A DNA stretch of 64,000 nt from Eledone cirrhosa (taxonomy: Eukaryota). Shown one piece after another: positions 40,214 to 52,322 of the stretch. Numbering within the stretch: the first letter of the stretch is position 1; each line of letters opens with the position of its first letter. The stretch spans positions 93,186,001 to 93,250,000 of the forward strand of contig OZ024743.1 in the NCBI GenBank assembly GCA_964016885.1. Direction: 5' to 3'. Below the pieces are notes generated by a model that saw only the letters and a program-made list of their open reading frames with translations, was not told the origin of the DNA and made no database searches. A program made the position numbers and the translations under genes.

Positions 40214-40964
40214 TTAATTTTTTTTTTTTTTTTCATTAATATCTTTACAGAGCTATTTATTTTTTTTAGTTCGGTGACCGCTTAGGAAACCGAGCTGCTC
40301 TATACATTTCCATTTTTCTTTCTTTTAGTTTCTTTCTTTTGCAAGCTTCTCTCGCCAATGTATGTTAGTTTCAAAATAATTAGGCACGCAAACTTTTTCC
40401 TTTCTTTCAACCCTACCCTTCGCATACACACCACTGCAAACGTCTTAAAAGCTACCGACTGCAAAATCAGAGTTTCTTGATAATTTCAGATATTTCAAAC
40501 TTTTATTCCGTTCGCCTTCCGAAGTAGTGAGCCTGCTATATACTCTAGAAAATATTTATTGAACAGAGATTTGGCTGCTTTTTCTAGCAGGTAAAATTAG
40601 CACATTTCTTTAGAGCCGTTCGAATCGAACATTATCCACATCTGTAATTATTAATTCGGAATGGGCATCGTAGCTAGTTATTTGGCCAAGTTATATAAAC
40701 AAAAAGACAACATAAGTTTTAAAGACAGCGATATCGACAGCTATGCGACACTCTCGTAGTTAATAACGTGTGTTAATTTAAAAGTTAGATGAGATTTATG
40801 TAAAATTTTATTAAGCAACCTAAATTGCTTGAAAATACTGTGTTATACGGTTGAAAGTAAGAAAAATGTTTAATAGAAAATTAAAATATAAAAATTATCG
40901 TAAAAGAAAGGTGTTTAGTGAGTTGTTTTATACAATAAAACTATTAAATTCAGCATAAGCTTTC

Positions 40965-41084
40965 GTTTACGGCCATATCACGCTGACAACACCGGTTCTC
41001 GTCCGATCACCGAAGTTAAGCAACGTCGAGCCTAGTTAGTACTTGGATGGGTGACCGCCTGGGAACCCTAGGTGCCGTAAGCGT
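40965..41084 (+). rRNA. 5S rRNA: 5S rRNA gene (copy 47)
   Basis: Same sequence as copy 1. Confidence 0.98.
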
Positions 41085-41832
41085 TTAATTTTTTTCTTTT
41101 TTTTTTTTTTTTTTTCATTAATATCTTTACAGAGCTATTTATTTTTTTTAGTTCGGTGACCGCTTAGGAAACCGAGCTGCTCTATACATTTCCATTTTTC
41201 TTTCTTTTGCAAGCTTCTCTCGCCAATGTCTGTTAGTTTCAAAATAATTAGGCACGCAAACTTTTTCCTTTCTTTCAACCCTACCCTTCGCATACACACC
41301 ACTGCAAACGTCTTAAAAGCTACCGACTGCAAAAACAGAGTTTCTTGATAATTTCAGATATTTCAAACTTTAATTCCGTTCGCCTTCCGAAGTAGTGAGC
41401 CTGCTATATACTCTAGAAAATATTTATTGAACAGAGATTTGGCTGCTTTTTCTAGCAGGTGAAATTAGCACATTTCTTTAGAGCCGTTCGAATCGAACAT
41501 TATCCACATCTGTAATTATTAATTCGGAATGGGTATCGTAGCTAGTTATTTGGCCAAGTTATATAAACAAAAAGACAACATAAGTTTTAAAGACAGCGAT
41601 ATCGACAGCTATGCGACACTCTCGTAGTTAATAACGTGTGTTAATTTAAAAGTTAGATGAGATTTATGTAAAATTTTATTAAGCAACCTAAATTGCTTGA
41701 AAATACTGTGTTATACGGTTGAAAGTAAGAAAAATGTTTAATAGAAAATTAAAATATAAAAATTATCGTAAAAGAAAGGTGTTTAGTGAGTTGTTTTATA
41801 CAATAAAACTATTAAATTCAGCATAAGCTTTC

Positions 41833-41952
41833 GTTTACGGCCATATCACGCTGACAACACCGGTTCTCGTCCGATCACCGAAGTTAAGCAACGTCGAGCC
41901 TAGTTAGTACTTGGATGGGTGACCGCCTGGGAACCCTAGGTGCCGTAAGCGT
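41833..41952 (+). rRNA. 5S rRNA: 5S rRNA gene (copy 48)
   Basis: Same sequence as copy 1. Confidence 0.98.
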
Positions 41953-42700
41953 TTAATTTTTTTCTTTTTTTTTTTTTTTTTTTCATTAATATCTTTACAG
42001 AGCTATTTATTTTTTTTAGTTCGGTGACCGCTTAGGAAACCGAGCTGCTCTATACATTTCCATTTTTCTTTCTTTTGCAAGCTTCTCTCGCCAATGTCTG
42101 TTAGTTTCAAAATAATTAGGCACGCAAACTTTTTCCTTTCTTTCAACCCTACCCTTCGCATACACACCACTGCAAACGTCTTAAAAGCTACCGACTGCAA
42201 AAACAGAGTTTCTTGATAATTTCAGATATTTCAAACTTTAATTCCGTTCGCCTTCCGAAGTAGTGAGCCTGCTATATACTCTAGAAAATATTTATTGAAC
42301 AGAGATTTGGCTGCTTTTTCTAGCAGGTGAAATTAGCACATTTCTTTAGAGCCGTTCGAATCGAACATTATCCACATCTGTAATTATTAATTCGGAATGG
42401 GTATCGTAGCTAGTTATTTGGCCAAGTTATATAAACAAAAAGACAACATAAGTTTTAAAGACAGCGATATCGACAGCTATGCGACACTCTCGTAGTTAAT
42501 AACGTGTGTTAATTTAAAAGTTAGATGAGATTTATGTAAAATTTTATTAAGCAACCTAAATTGCTTGAAAATACTGTGTTATACGGTTGAAAGTAAGAAA
42601 AATGTTTAATAGAAAATTAAAATATAAAAATTATCGTAAAAGAAAGGTGTTTAGTGAGTTGTTTTATACAATAAAACTATTAAATTCAGCATAAGCTTTC

Positions 42701-42820
42701 GTTTACGGCCATATCACGCTGACAACACCGGTTCTCGTCCGATCACCGAAGTTAAGCAACGTCGAGCCTAGTTAGTACTTGGATGGGTGACCGCCTGGGA
42801 ACCCTAGGTGCCGTAAGCGT
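42701..42820 (+). rRNA. 5S rRNA: 5S rRNA gene (copy 49)
   Basis: Same sequence as copy 1. Confidence 0.98.
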
Positions 42821-43582
42821 TTAATTTTTTTCTTTTTTTTTTTTTTTTTTTCATTAATATCTTTACAGAGCTATTTATTTTTTTTAGTTCGGTGACCGCT
42901 TAGGAAACCGAGCTGCTCTATACATTTCCATTTTTCTTTCTTTTAGTTTCTTTCTTTTGCAAGCTTCTCTCGCCAATGTATGTTAGTTTCAAAATAATTA
43001 GGCACGCAAACTTTTTCCTTTCTTTCAACCCTACCCTTCGCATACACACCACTGCAAACGTCTTAAAAGCTACCGACTGCAAAATCAGAGTTTCTTGATA
43101 ATTTCAGATATTTCAAACTTTTATTCCGTTCGCCTTCCGAAGTAGTGAGCCTGCTATATACTCTAGAAAATATTTATTGAACAGAGATTTGGCTGCTTTT
43201 TCTAGCAGGTAAAATTAGCACATTTCTTTAGAGCCGTTCGAATCGAACATTATCCACATCTGTAATTATTAATTCGGAATGGGCATCGTAGCTAGTTATT
43301 TGGCCAAGTTATATAAACAAAAAGACAACATAAGTTTTAAAGACAGCGATATCGACAGCTATGCGACACTCTCGTAGTTAATAACGTGTGTTAATTTAAA
43401 AGTTAGATGAGATTTATGTAAAATTTTATTAAGCAACCTAAATTGCTTGAAAATACTGTGTTATACGGTTGAAAGTAAGAAAAATGTTTAATAGAAAATT
43501 AAAATATAAAAATTATCGTAAAAGAAAGGTGTTTAGTGAGTTGTTTTATACAATAAAACTATTAAATTCAGCATAAGCTTTC

Positions 43583-43702
43583 GTTTACGGCCATATCACG
43601 CTGACAACACCGGTTCTCGTCCGATCACCGAAGTTAAGCAACGTCGAGCCTAGTTAGTACTTGGATGGGTGACCGCCTGGGAACCCTAGGTGCCGTAAGC
43701 GT
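43583..43702 (+). rRNA. 5S rRNA: 5S rRNA gene (copy 50)
   Basis: Same sequence as copy 1. Confidence 0.98.
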
Positions 43703-44450
43703 TTAATTTTTTTCTTTTTTTTTTTTTTTTTTTCATTAATATCTTTACAGAGCTATTTATTTTTTTTAGTTCGGTGACCGCTTAGGAAACCGAGCTGCTC
43801 TATACATTTCCATTTTTCTTTCTTTTGCAAGCTTCTCTCGCCAATGTCTGTTAGTTTCAAAATAATTAGGCACGCAAACTTTTTCCTTTCTTTCAACCCT
43901 ACCCTTCGCATACACACCACTGCAAACGTCTTAAAAGCTACCGACTGCAAAAACAGAGTTTCTTGATAATTTCAGATATTTCAAACTTTAATTCCGTTCG
44001 CCTTCCGAAGTAGTGAGCCTGCTATATACTCTAGAAAATATTTATTGAACAGAGATTTGGCTGCTTTTTCTAGCAGGTGAAATTAGCACATTTCTTTAGA
44101 GCCGTTCGAATCGAACATTATCCACATCTGTAATTATTAATTCGGAATGGGTATCGTAGCTAGTTATTTGGCCAAGTTATATAAACAAAAAGACAACATA
44201 AGTTTTAAAGACAGCGATATCGACAGCTATGCGACACTCTCGTAGTTAATAACGTGTGTTAATTTAAAAGTTAGATGAGATTTATGTAAAATTTTATTAA
44301 GCAACCTAAATTGCTTGAAAATACTGTGTTATACGGTTGAAAGTAAGAAAAATGTTTAATAGAAAATTAAAATATAAAAATTATCGTAAAAGAAAGGTGT
44401 TTAGTGAGTTGTTTTATACAATAAAACTATTAAATTCAGCATAAGCTTTC

Positions 44451-44570
44451 GTTTACGGCCATATCACGCTGACAACACCGGTTCTCGTCCGATCACCGAA
44501 GTTAAGCAACGTCGAGCCTAGTTAGTACTTGGATGGGTGACCGCCTGGGAACCCTAGGTGCCGTAAGCGT
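44451..44570 (+). rRNA. 5S rRNA: 5S rRNA gene (copy 51)
   Basis: Same sequence as copy 1. Confidence 0.98.
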
Positions 44571-45332
44571 TTAATTTTTTTCTTTTTTTTTTTTTTTTTT
44601 TCATTAATATCTTTACAGAGCTATTTATTTTTTTTAGTTCGGTGACCGCTTAGGAAACCGAGCTGCTCTATACATTTCCATTTTTCTTTCTTTTAGTTTC
44701 TTTCTTTTGCAAGCTTCTCTCGCCAATGTATGTTAGTTTCAAAATAATTAGGCACGCAAACTTTTTCCTTTCTTTCAACCCTACCCTTCGCATACACACC
44801 ACTGCAAACGTCTTAAAAGCTACCGACTGCAAAATCAGAGTTTCTTGATAATTTCAGATATTTCAAACTTTTATTCCGTTCGCCTTCCGAAGTAGTGAGC
44901 CTGCTATATACTCTAGAAAATATTTATTGAACAGAGATTTGGCTGCTTTTTCTAGCAGGTAAAATTAGCACATTTCTTTAGAGCCGTTCGAATCGAACAT
45001 TATCCACATCTGTAATTATTAATTCGGAATGGGCATCGTAGCTAGTTATTTGGCCAAGTTATATAAACAAAAAGACAACATAAGTTTTAAAGACAGCGAT
45101 ATCGACAGCTATGCGACACTCTCGTAGTTAATAACGTGTGTTAATTTAAAAGTTAGATGAGATTTATGTAAAATTTTATTAAGCAACCTAAATTGCTTGA
45201 AAATACTGTGTTATACGGTTGAAAGTAAGAAAAATGTTTAATAGAAAATTAAAATATAAAAATTATCGTAAAAGAAAGGTGTTTAGTGAGTTGTTTTATA
45301 CAATAAAACTATTAAATTCAGCATAAGCTTTC

Positions 45333-45452
45333 GTTTACGGCCATATCACGCTGACAACACCGGTTCTCGTCCGATCACCGAAGTTAAGCAACGTCGAGCC
45401 TAGTTAGTACTTGGATGGGTGACCGCCTGGGAACCCTAGGTGCCGTAAGCGT
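45333..45452 (+). rRNA. 5S rRNA: 5S rRNA gene (copy 52)
   Basis: Same sequence as copy 1. Confidence 0.98.
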
Positions 45453-46200
45453 TTAATTTTTTTCTTTTTTTTTTTTTTTTTTTCATTAATATCTTTACAG
45501 AGCTATTTATTTTTTTTAGTTCGGTGACCGCTTAGGAAACCGAGCTGCTCTATACATTTCCATTTTTCTTTCTTTTGCAAGCTTCTCTCGCCAATGTCTG
45601 TTAGTTTCAAAATAATTAGGCACGCAAACTTTTTCCTTTCTTTCAACCCTACCCTTCGCATACACACCACTGCAAACGTCTTAAAAGCTACCGACTGCAA
45701 AAACAGAGTTTCTTGATAATTTCAGATATTTCAAACTTTAATTCCGTTCGCCTTCCGAAGTAGTGAGCCTGCTATATACTCTAGAAAATATTTATTGAAC
45801 AGAGATTTGGCTGCTTTTTCTAGCAGGTAAAATTAGCACATTTCTTTAGAGCCGTTCGAATCGAACATTATCCACATCTGTAATTATTAATTCGGAATGG
45901 GTATCGTAGCTAGTTATTTGGCCAAGTTATATAAACAAAAAGACAACATAAGTTTTAAAGACAGCGATATCGACAGCTATGCGACACTCTCGTAGTTAAT
46001 AACGTGTGTTAATTTAAAAGTTAGATGAGATTTATGTAAAATTTTATTAAGCAACCTAAATTGCTTGAAAATACTGTGTTATACGGTTGAAAGTAAGAAA
46101 AATGTTTAATAGAAAATTAAAATATAAAAATTATCGTAAAAGAAAGGTGTTTAGTGAGTTGTTTTATACAATAAAACTATTAAATTCAGCATAAGCTTTC

Positions 46201-46320
46201 GTTTACGGCCATATCACGCTGACAACACCGGTTCTCGTCCGATCACCGAAGTTAAGCAACGTCGAGCCTAGTTAGTACTTGGATGGGTGACCGCCTGGGA
46301 ACCCTAGGTGCCGTAAGCGT
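46201..46320 (+). rRNA. 5S rRNA: 5S rRNA gene (copy 53, terminal; spacer truncated at 46390)
   Basis: Same sequence as copy 1; spacer homology stops after TTCGGTGACC. Confidence 0.98.
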
Positions 46321-46390
46321 TTAATTTTTTTTTTTTTTTTTTTTTCATTAATATCTTTACAGAGCTATTTATGATTTTAGTTCGGTGACC

Positions 46391-46645
46391 AGCATGCAGG
46401 GGTGGCCCCTCCACACCTGCATGCTGGACTACCTTCCTGCCATCTCACCTATCTTGATAACCAGCCCCCTATTTTTCCTCATTCTATTTTTTTCAAACCT
46501 TCCAACATCCTTTTTCTCCGAACGTTGCTCTTTCCTGATGAAGGACTAACGTCTGATATGTTGAAACATTCCTTTTCCTTTTCCTACAAGCATAAAACTA
46601 ATAAAACTTTTTGTATATCAGCGTTCTTCTTGTGCGTGTATGTAT
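46391..46645 (+). mobile_element. Penelope-like pseudo-LTR / retrozyme-type fragment capping the 5S array
   Basis: Starts in a hairpin (46389-46427), contains a decayed minimal hammerhead (46531-46566) and runs into (TA)n. Confidence 0.55.
46531..46566 (+). ncRNA. Degenerate minimal type-I hammerhead ribozyme
   Basis: UUUC-CUGAUGA-A-GGAC(UAAC)GUCU-GAUAUG-UU-GAAA. Stems I and II pair, but the expected GAAACG reads GAUAUG, so it is probably inactive. Confidence 0.6.
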
Positions 46646-46675
46646 GTATATATATATATATATATATATATACGA

Positions 46676-46863
46676 TATTAAATAAATGGAAACTATATTT
46701 ATAAAACCATATTTATTTCATTATATATATTTCAGGGATATCATATTAACAATATGTTATGCCTTCCTCAGACAAAATACAATATAGACAGTTTTATAGA
46801 TAAATAGATTTGACATACCGTTCAACATCGACTTGTATTTGAAAAAGTTGATTTGGCAGTGAA
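46676..46863 (-). mobile_element. ~190-bp hammerhead-bearing dispersed repeat (PLE pLTR/retrozyme-like), copy 1
   Basis: Near-identical to 59335-59522; both copies abut (TA)n. Confidence 0.75.
46714..46779 (-). ncRNA. Minimal type-I hammerhead ribozyme, intact core
   Basis: Minus strand UAUUUUGU-CUGAGGA-AGGCAUAACAUAUU(GUU)AAUAUGAUAUCCCU-GAAA-UAUAUA-UA/AUGAAAUA: 8-bp stem I (2 GU), long stem II, palindromic stem III. Confidence 0.75.
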
Positions 46864-48127
46864 AAATTGTAAACAGAAAGAAAGAAAGAGAGAAAGAAGG
46901 AAAGAAAGAAAGAAAACGAAGAAAAAGAAGAAATGCATGCAACAAAATAGAGAGATGGAAAGATAGATAAAGAGAAGAACTTCATGTAAAGAAACAGAGA
47001 GAGATATATATAGATAGAGGAAATAGATAGAGATAGATATATATAGAGAAAAGTAGGTAGTTGAACATCCGTTGAATGAACGTATCAATGATACATTTAT
47101 TTATTTATTTATTTATTTAGCTCTAGTATTAATGTAAGGGAGATATATGTGGTTAGGAAAGAAACCAGCCGTTATATAGAGAGAAAAATGAAAAGTAACC
47201 AGACATAGGCGAGGCAGAATTTAAAAACCCTATGTTTTAATGTAGAAATATTAGTTCGTATAAAAACCAGGCACTATAATGTAAATATCAGTATTCCTGA
47301 ATGAGACACGTATCCATAATGTGTGAAAAGTAATGATCTTATGTCTAGTTTTAAAAATTCATATGTTTATATGATAACTACAAACATCGATGTGAATTTA
47401 CGTGATCAACTCTGCAAACCCCTATTTCACACGGAGAACATTCTCATTGTGCTATAAAAATTTAAGTATACATATATGTGTATATATACACATATATATA
47501 GAGTCTATATTAATTTTAACAATACTATTCTTGTCTTTACTCTACATGATTATCTATCAAGCAGAAATAGAGAACAGATTTCAATATATTAATAAAAAAT
47601 ATCAGAAACAAAAACAAAAAATAAAAAATAATAATAATAATAATAATAAACAAATAAATAAAATAGAAAACTAAAAAATATTACATATTAAAAATAAAAA
47701 TATTAAAAATATTAAAAAATATTAAAATAATAAAAATAAAAACATAATAGAAACATAATATGCCACGCAAATCGACCACAAAGATCAACCCTTCAAAATT
47801 AATTGACAATATATTGCCAAGTTCATTATAAGCATCAGAGTCGAAAACAGATAAAGCTAAAAATTATTTACCAAATCGCGTCTAGCAGAAATCATTTCAA
47901 AAAGTTTAGGATGCCCATTTGGTCTACATATGTTCTTATATTTAATATAGAAGTTTATCTAGTGTAACGTTTATTCGAAATATTTGGAGCATCAACTTTT
48001 AGGGTAGTTTAATTTTTCATGAAGAATAAAAATAAAATTAAAATTAAAATAAAAAGAAGAATAAAAAGAAGAAATCGAAAGATTTATCGGCTAGTTTCCC
48101 AAATAATTATAAATCAAACTAAATATA

Positions 48128-48928
48128 CTACATTTTAAATTTAAATTTATATTTAAAAGTTGAGTTTAATCTATGTTTGCAGCAACTGAATAAATTTGTC
48201 CGTAGATTAAGGGAATTTTTAGATTTTAGTATAAAGAATATCTCCTCCGCGCAGAGGTCACATGTCTCAGAGGATGAATTAAAAGGAATCCCTCTTGAGA
48301 CTATATTCCAAGCCGTCAAATATCTAACGTTATCTTGCCTAAGTTGCCAGAGTACGCCTGATAGTGCTGTTGAAGATTTTTTGCTTGGATCTGTGAAAGA
48401 ATTCTTGTGGTTATTATAGCGAAGTTTAAATTCCGTCGATGTGGAACCGACGTAGTTAAAAGAATTAGAGTCCGTTTTAACATTACAGTTGTATATTATA
48501 TTTTTAACTAAGCAGTTGTTATTTAACGGACATTTAGATCTATCTCTACAGTTACATTTGTTAACTTGTATATTATTTATGCTATTATCGCTAGGTTTTA
48601 AGTTCCTATTATTTATTCTATTAATATTTTGTGCTAAATTTTTGGTGGATGAGTAGGTTAATTTTATAGTATGTCTATTGAAAATTGAGTGATACCTATG
48701 TGTTCTAGGGAAGCGATTATCAAGAGCTTTAAAAAATAGTTTAGCGATGTGGGTTTTAATGTTTAGTGAGAAAGGGGGGGGGCAAACCATATTATGTTCC
48801 TAGTTCTATTTCTTTTTTGGCTTTTGGAATTATTTAATATCGTAAATATACTCCAAATACTTGTTGAGTGCTTTTATATCAGTTATAAATATTTACTAGT
48901 TGTAACCCAACAATTTAAATATAACTTT

Positions 48929-48930
<2 letters not shown>
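48128..48930 (-). mobile_element. 5'-truncated Penelope-like element (Naiad-type), GIY-YIG endonuclease region, frameshifted
   Basis: KRNRTRNIIWF/PPPFSLN...HSIFNRHTIKLTYS...CNCRDRSKCPLNNNCLVKNIIY...YVGST...FKLRYNNHKNSF...CDLCAEE...CKH. Frameshift at the G-run near 48775; 5' end abuts (TA)n. Confidence 0.88.

Positions 48931-48998
<68 letters not shown>
48931..48998. repeat. (TA)n microsatellite
   Basis: Direct reading. Confidence 0.95.
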
Positions 48999-49001
<3 letters not shown>

Positions 49002-49351
49002 AGCTCGAGATTTATCCTTAATAGGATATCTCAAAATGCGAACGAAACCCAAGGGTAGGGACTTTATCCTGTTATGTATATAAGCATTCCTAACTTTAAT
49101 TTTATACCTAATTGTGTATGGTTGACCGTATATTTAATTTTATTTCCACGTGCTGTTGAAATGTTGGGTAAATATTCTATTGCGGTTGGCCGCGAAGACG
49201 CTGCTATCGTTTATTTATTTACTGTTTCTTCATAGGTGCCTTTTAATCTTATAGCCTGGTCTATTTGATTTTTTTGTGTGGTTAATTATGCTAATTGGGA
49301 GAGGAAATGATGTATATATATTATCAAATGATTCTATGGACATACTTTATA

Positions 49352-49393
<42 letters not shown>

Positions 49394-50039
49394 TAAATCA
49401 TGTCCTTAGAATCACTAGATATTATATATATATATGTAGATAAATCTACCAAAAGTTTACGGTAGTGTCCAATCCGTATGAAGAACTCAATGTAATCCGG
49501 ATATCATGGAAAGAAGAGATGCATTCAAAAATCACTTTCGGTGAAAGATAAACGGAATACAGAGTCAAGATAAAATGTTAAAAAAATAATGAATAAAACA
49601 ATGAAACAGTTCCTTATATTAAACAAAAAAAGTTCATTATTTAACGATCGTTTCTAGGACATATATGTGTTAGAATTGGCATGCATATTCAACAGATCTA
49701 TGTACAAAATTATACAAAATTATACAAAATTATACAAACTATCAAATATAATATACATACCAACACATACATATGCCGTCTTCAGAAATAATGAAATATA
49801 TTTATTGATAATAACAACAATTCAAAATTACAGGTCTGTTTGGAAACAGAGTTCAAATTGACCAATGAGATACACAAAAATATATCAAGAAAATACAGTT
49901 AGGTGTGTGTATATATGTAAGTAACTTCGTTCACAGATATGCATAAAAATATATGTTCACATGCATACGCATGTCGAAAAAATGTATGTAAATACAAAAA
50001 TTCAGGGCTAATGTCTCTGTATGTTTATAATCTACAGAC

Positions 50040-51250
<1,211 letters not shown>

Positions 51251-51479
51251 TACAAACACCCAAACATATATACATACTTACATACAACTACATACATCCA
51301 CGCTTACAAATACGAATAATTATAGGGGGGGGGATTAAAATTATTAGTGGGAAATAGTAAATATAGGTTTCAAGGAACATAGAATATTAATCTGCATTTA
51401 GATCATAATATGTGTTTACATAGTAGTTTCAGTATTAGGAAATGTAAGAAAGAAGGCAAAATTATGCATTTTAATATAA

Positions 51480-52322
51480 GTAGACTATAATAGGTTAACT
51501 AAATTAAAAATAGTTAATATATTGATTTCTAAGGTGTATACTACTTAGGTTTATAATATTTAAAGCGAATTTTGAAGTTAAACAGTAGTAGAGTATTAAT
51601 TATAGCATAACTAAATTAAAAATATTAACATTATGGTATCAATTTTAGGAAATGAATTTAGTAATAGGGAAAACCAAATCAAGTATTTCATCGGTAGTAG
51701 AATATAAATTATAGGTTAACTAAATTAAAAATTATATATTAATTTCTATAGTATATGTTAATTAGGTTTATAATAATTAAAGCAGATTTTGTATTTTATC
51801 TATAGTAGAATATAATTATAGGTTAACAAAAATTAAAATTAATATATATATATATATATTTAATTGTAAAGAATATATTAATTAGGTATATATTTAAAAG
51901 TTTATCTCAGTTTATGATTACATGATATTCTGCAATCCATCTGTATTAGAATTTTAATTTTAAGCTAACTAAATTAAAATTATAGGTTAACTAAATTAAA
52001 ATTAATTTATAAATAAATTTCTAAATTGTACATTAATTAGGTTTATAATATTAAAAAGTATTTCTCTGTTATTGATTACACGATATTTTGTTATATTTCA
52101 TCTGTAAAGGAATTTTAATAAAAGGTTAAATAAACTAAAATTAATCTATAAATTAATTTACAAAGTATATATTAATTATGTTAATAATATTTAAAAGTTT
52201 TTCACAATTTATGATTACACAATATTTTTTAATCTCATCTGTAGTAGAATTTTAATTAAATTAAAGTTATAGGTTAACTACATTTAAATTAAATTATATA
52301 TTAATTTCTAAAATATATATTA
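51480..52322 (-). repeat. Degenerate ~140-155-bp tandem repeats derived from the 3' end of the adjacent PLE
   Basis: TTAATTAGGTTTATAATATTTAAA...TTTATGATTACACGATAT recurs at about 52323, 52172, 52033 and 51878, weaker at 51758 and 51546; ATAGGTTAACTAAATTAAAA sub-motif about 8 times. Confidence 0.8.

Larger units (their letters stand above)
1..46390 (+). repeat. 5S rDNA tandem array: 53 complete + 1 partial 5S genes; unit 868 bp (type A, 29 spacers) or 871/881/882 bp (type B, 24 spacers); continues beyond the left edge
   Basis: Near-identical unit recurring head-to-tail. Spacings between the repeated marker ORF (868, 1739, 1750, 2631/2632) decompose into 868/871/881/882-bp units. Confidence 0.99.

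Noticed and set aside
1-46390. CRISPR-like or repeat-spacer system
   Set aside because: Spacers are near-identical ~750-bp sequences rather than unique, the repeat is 5S rRNA, and the context is eukaryotic with no cas genes.
47292-47340. CTGAATGAGACAC...GTGTGAAA hammerhead-like string
   Set aside because: Extra base in the core and no convincing stem I or cleavage site.
47955-48000. Possible decayed hammerhead downstream of the truncated PLE (minus strand TTGATGCT...TAAACGTTAC)
   Set aside because: Too many core deviations to support.
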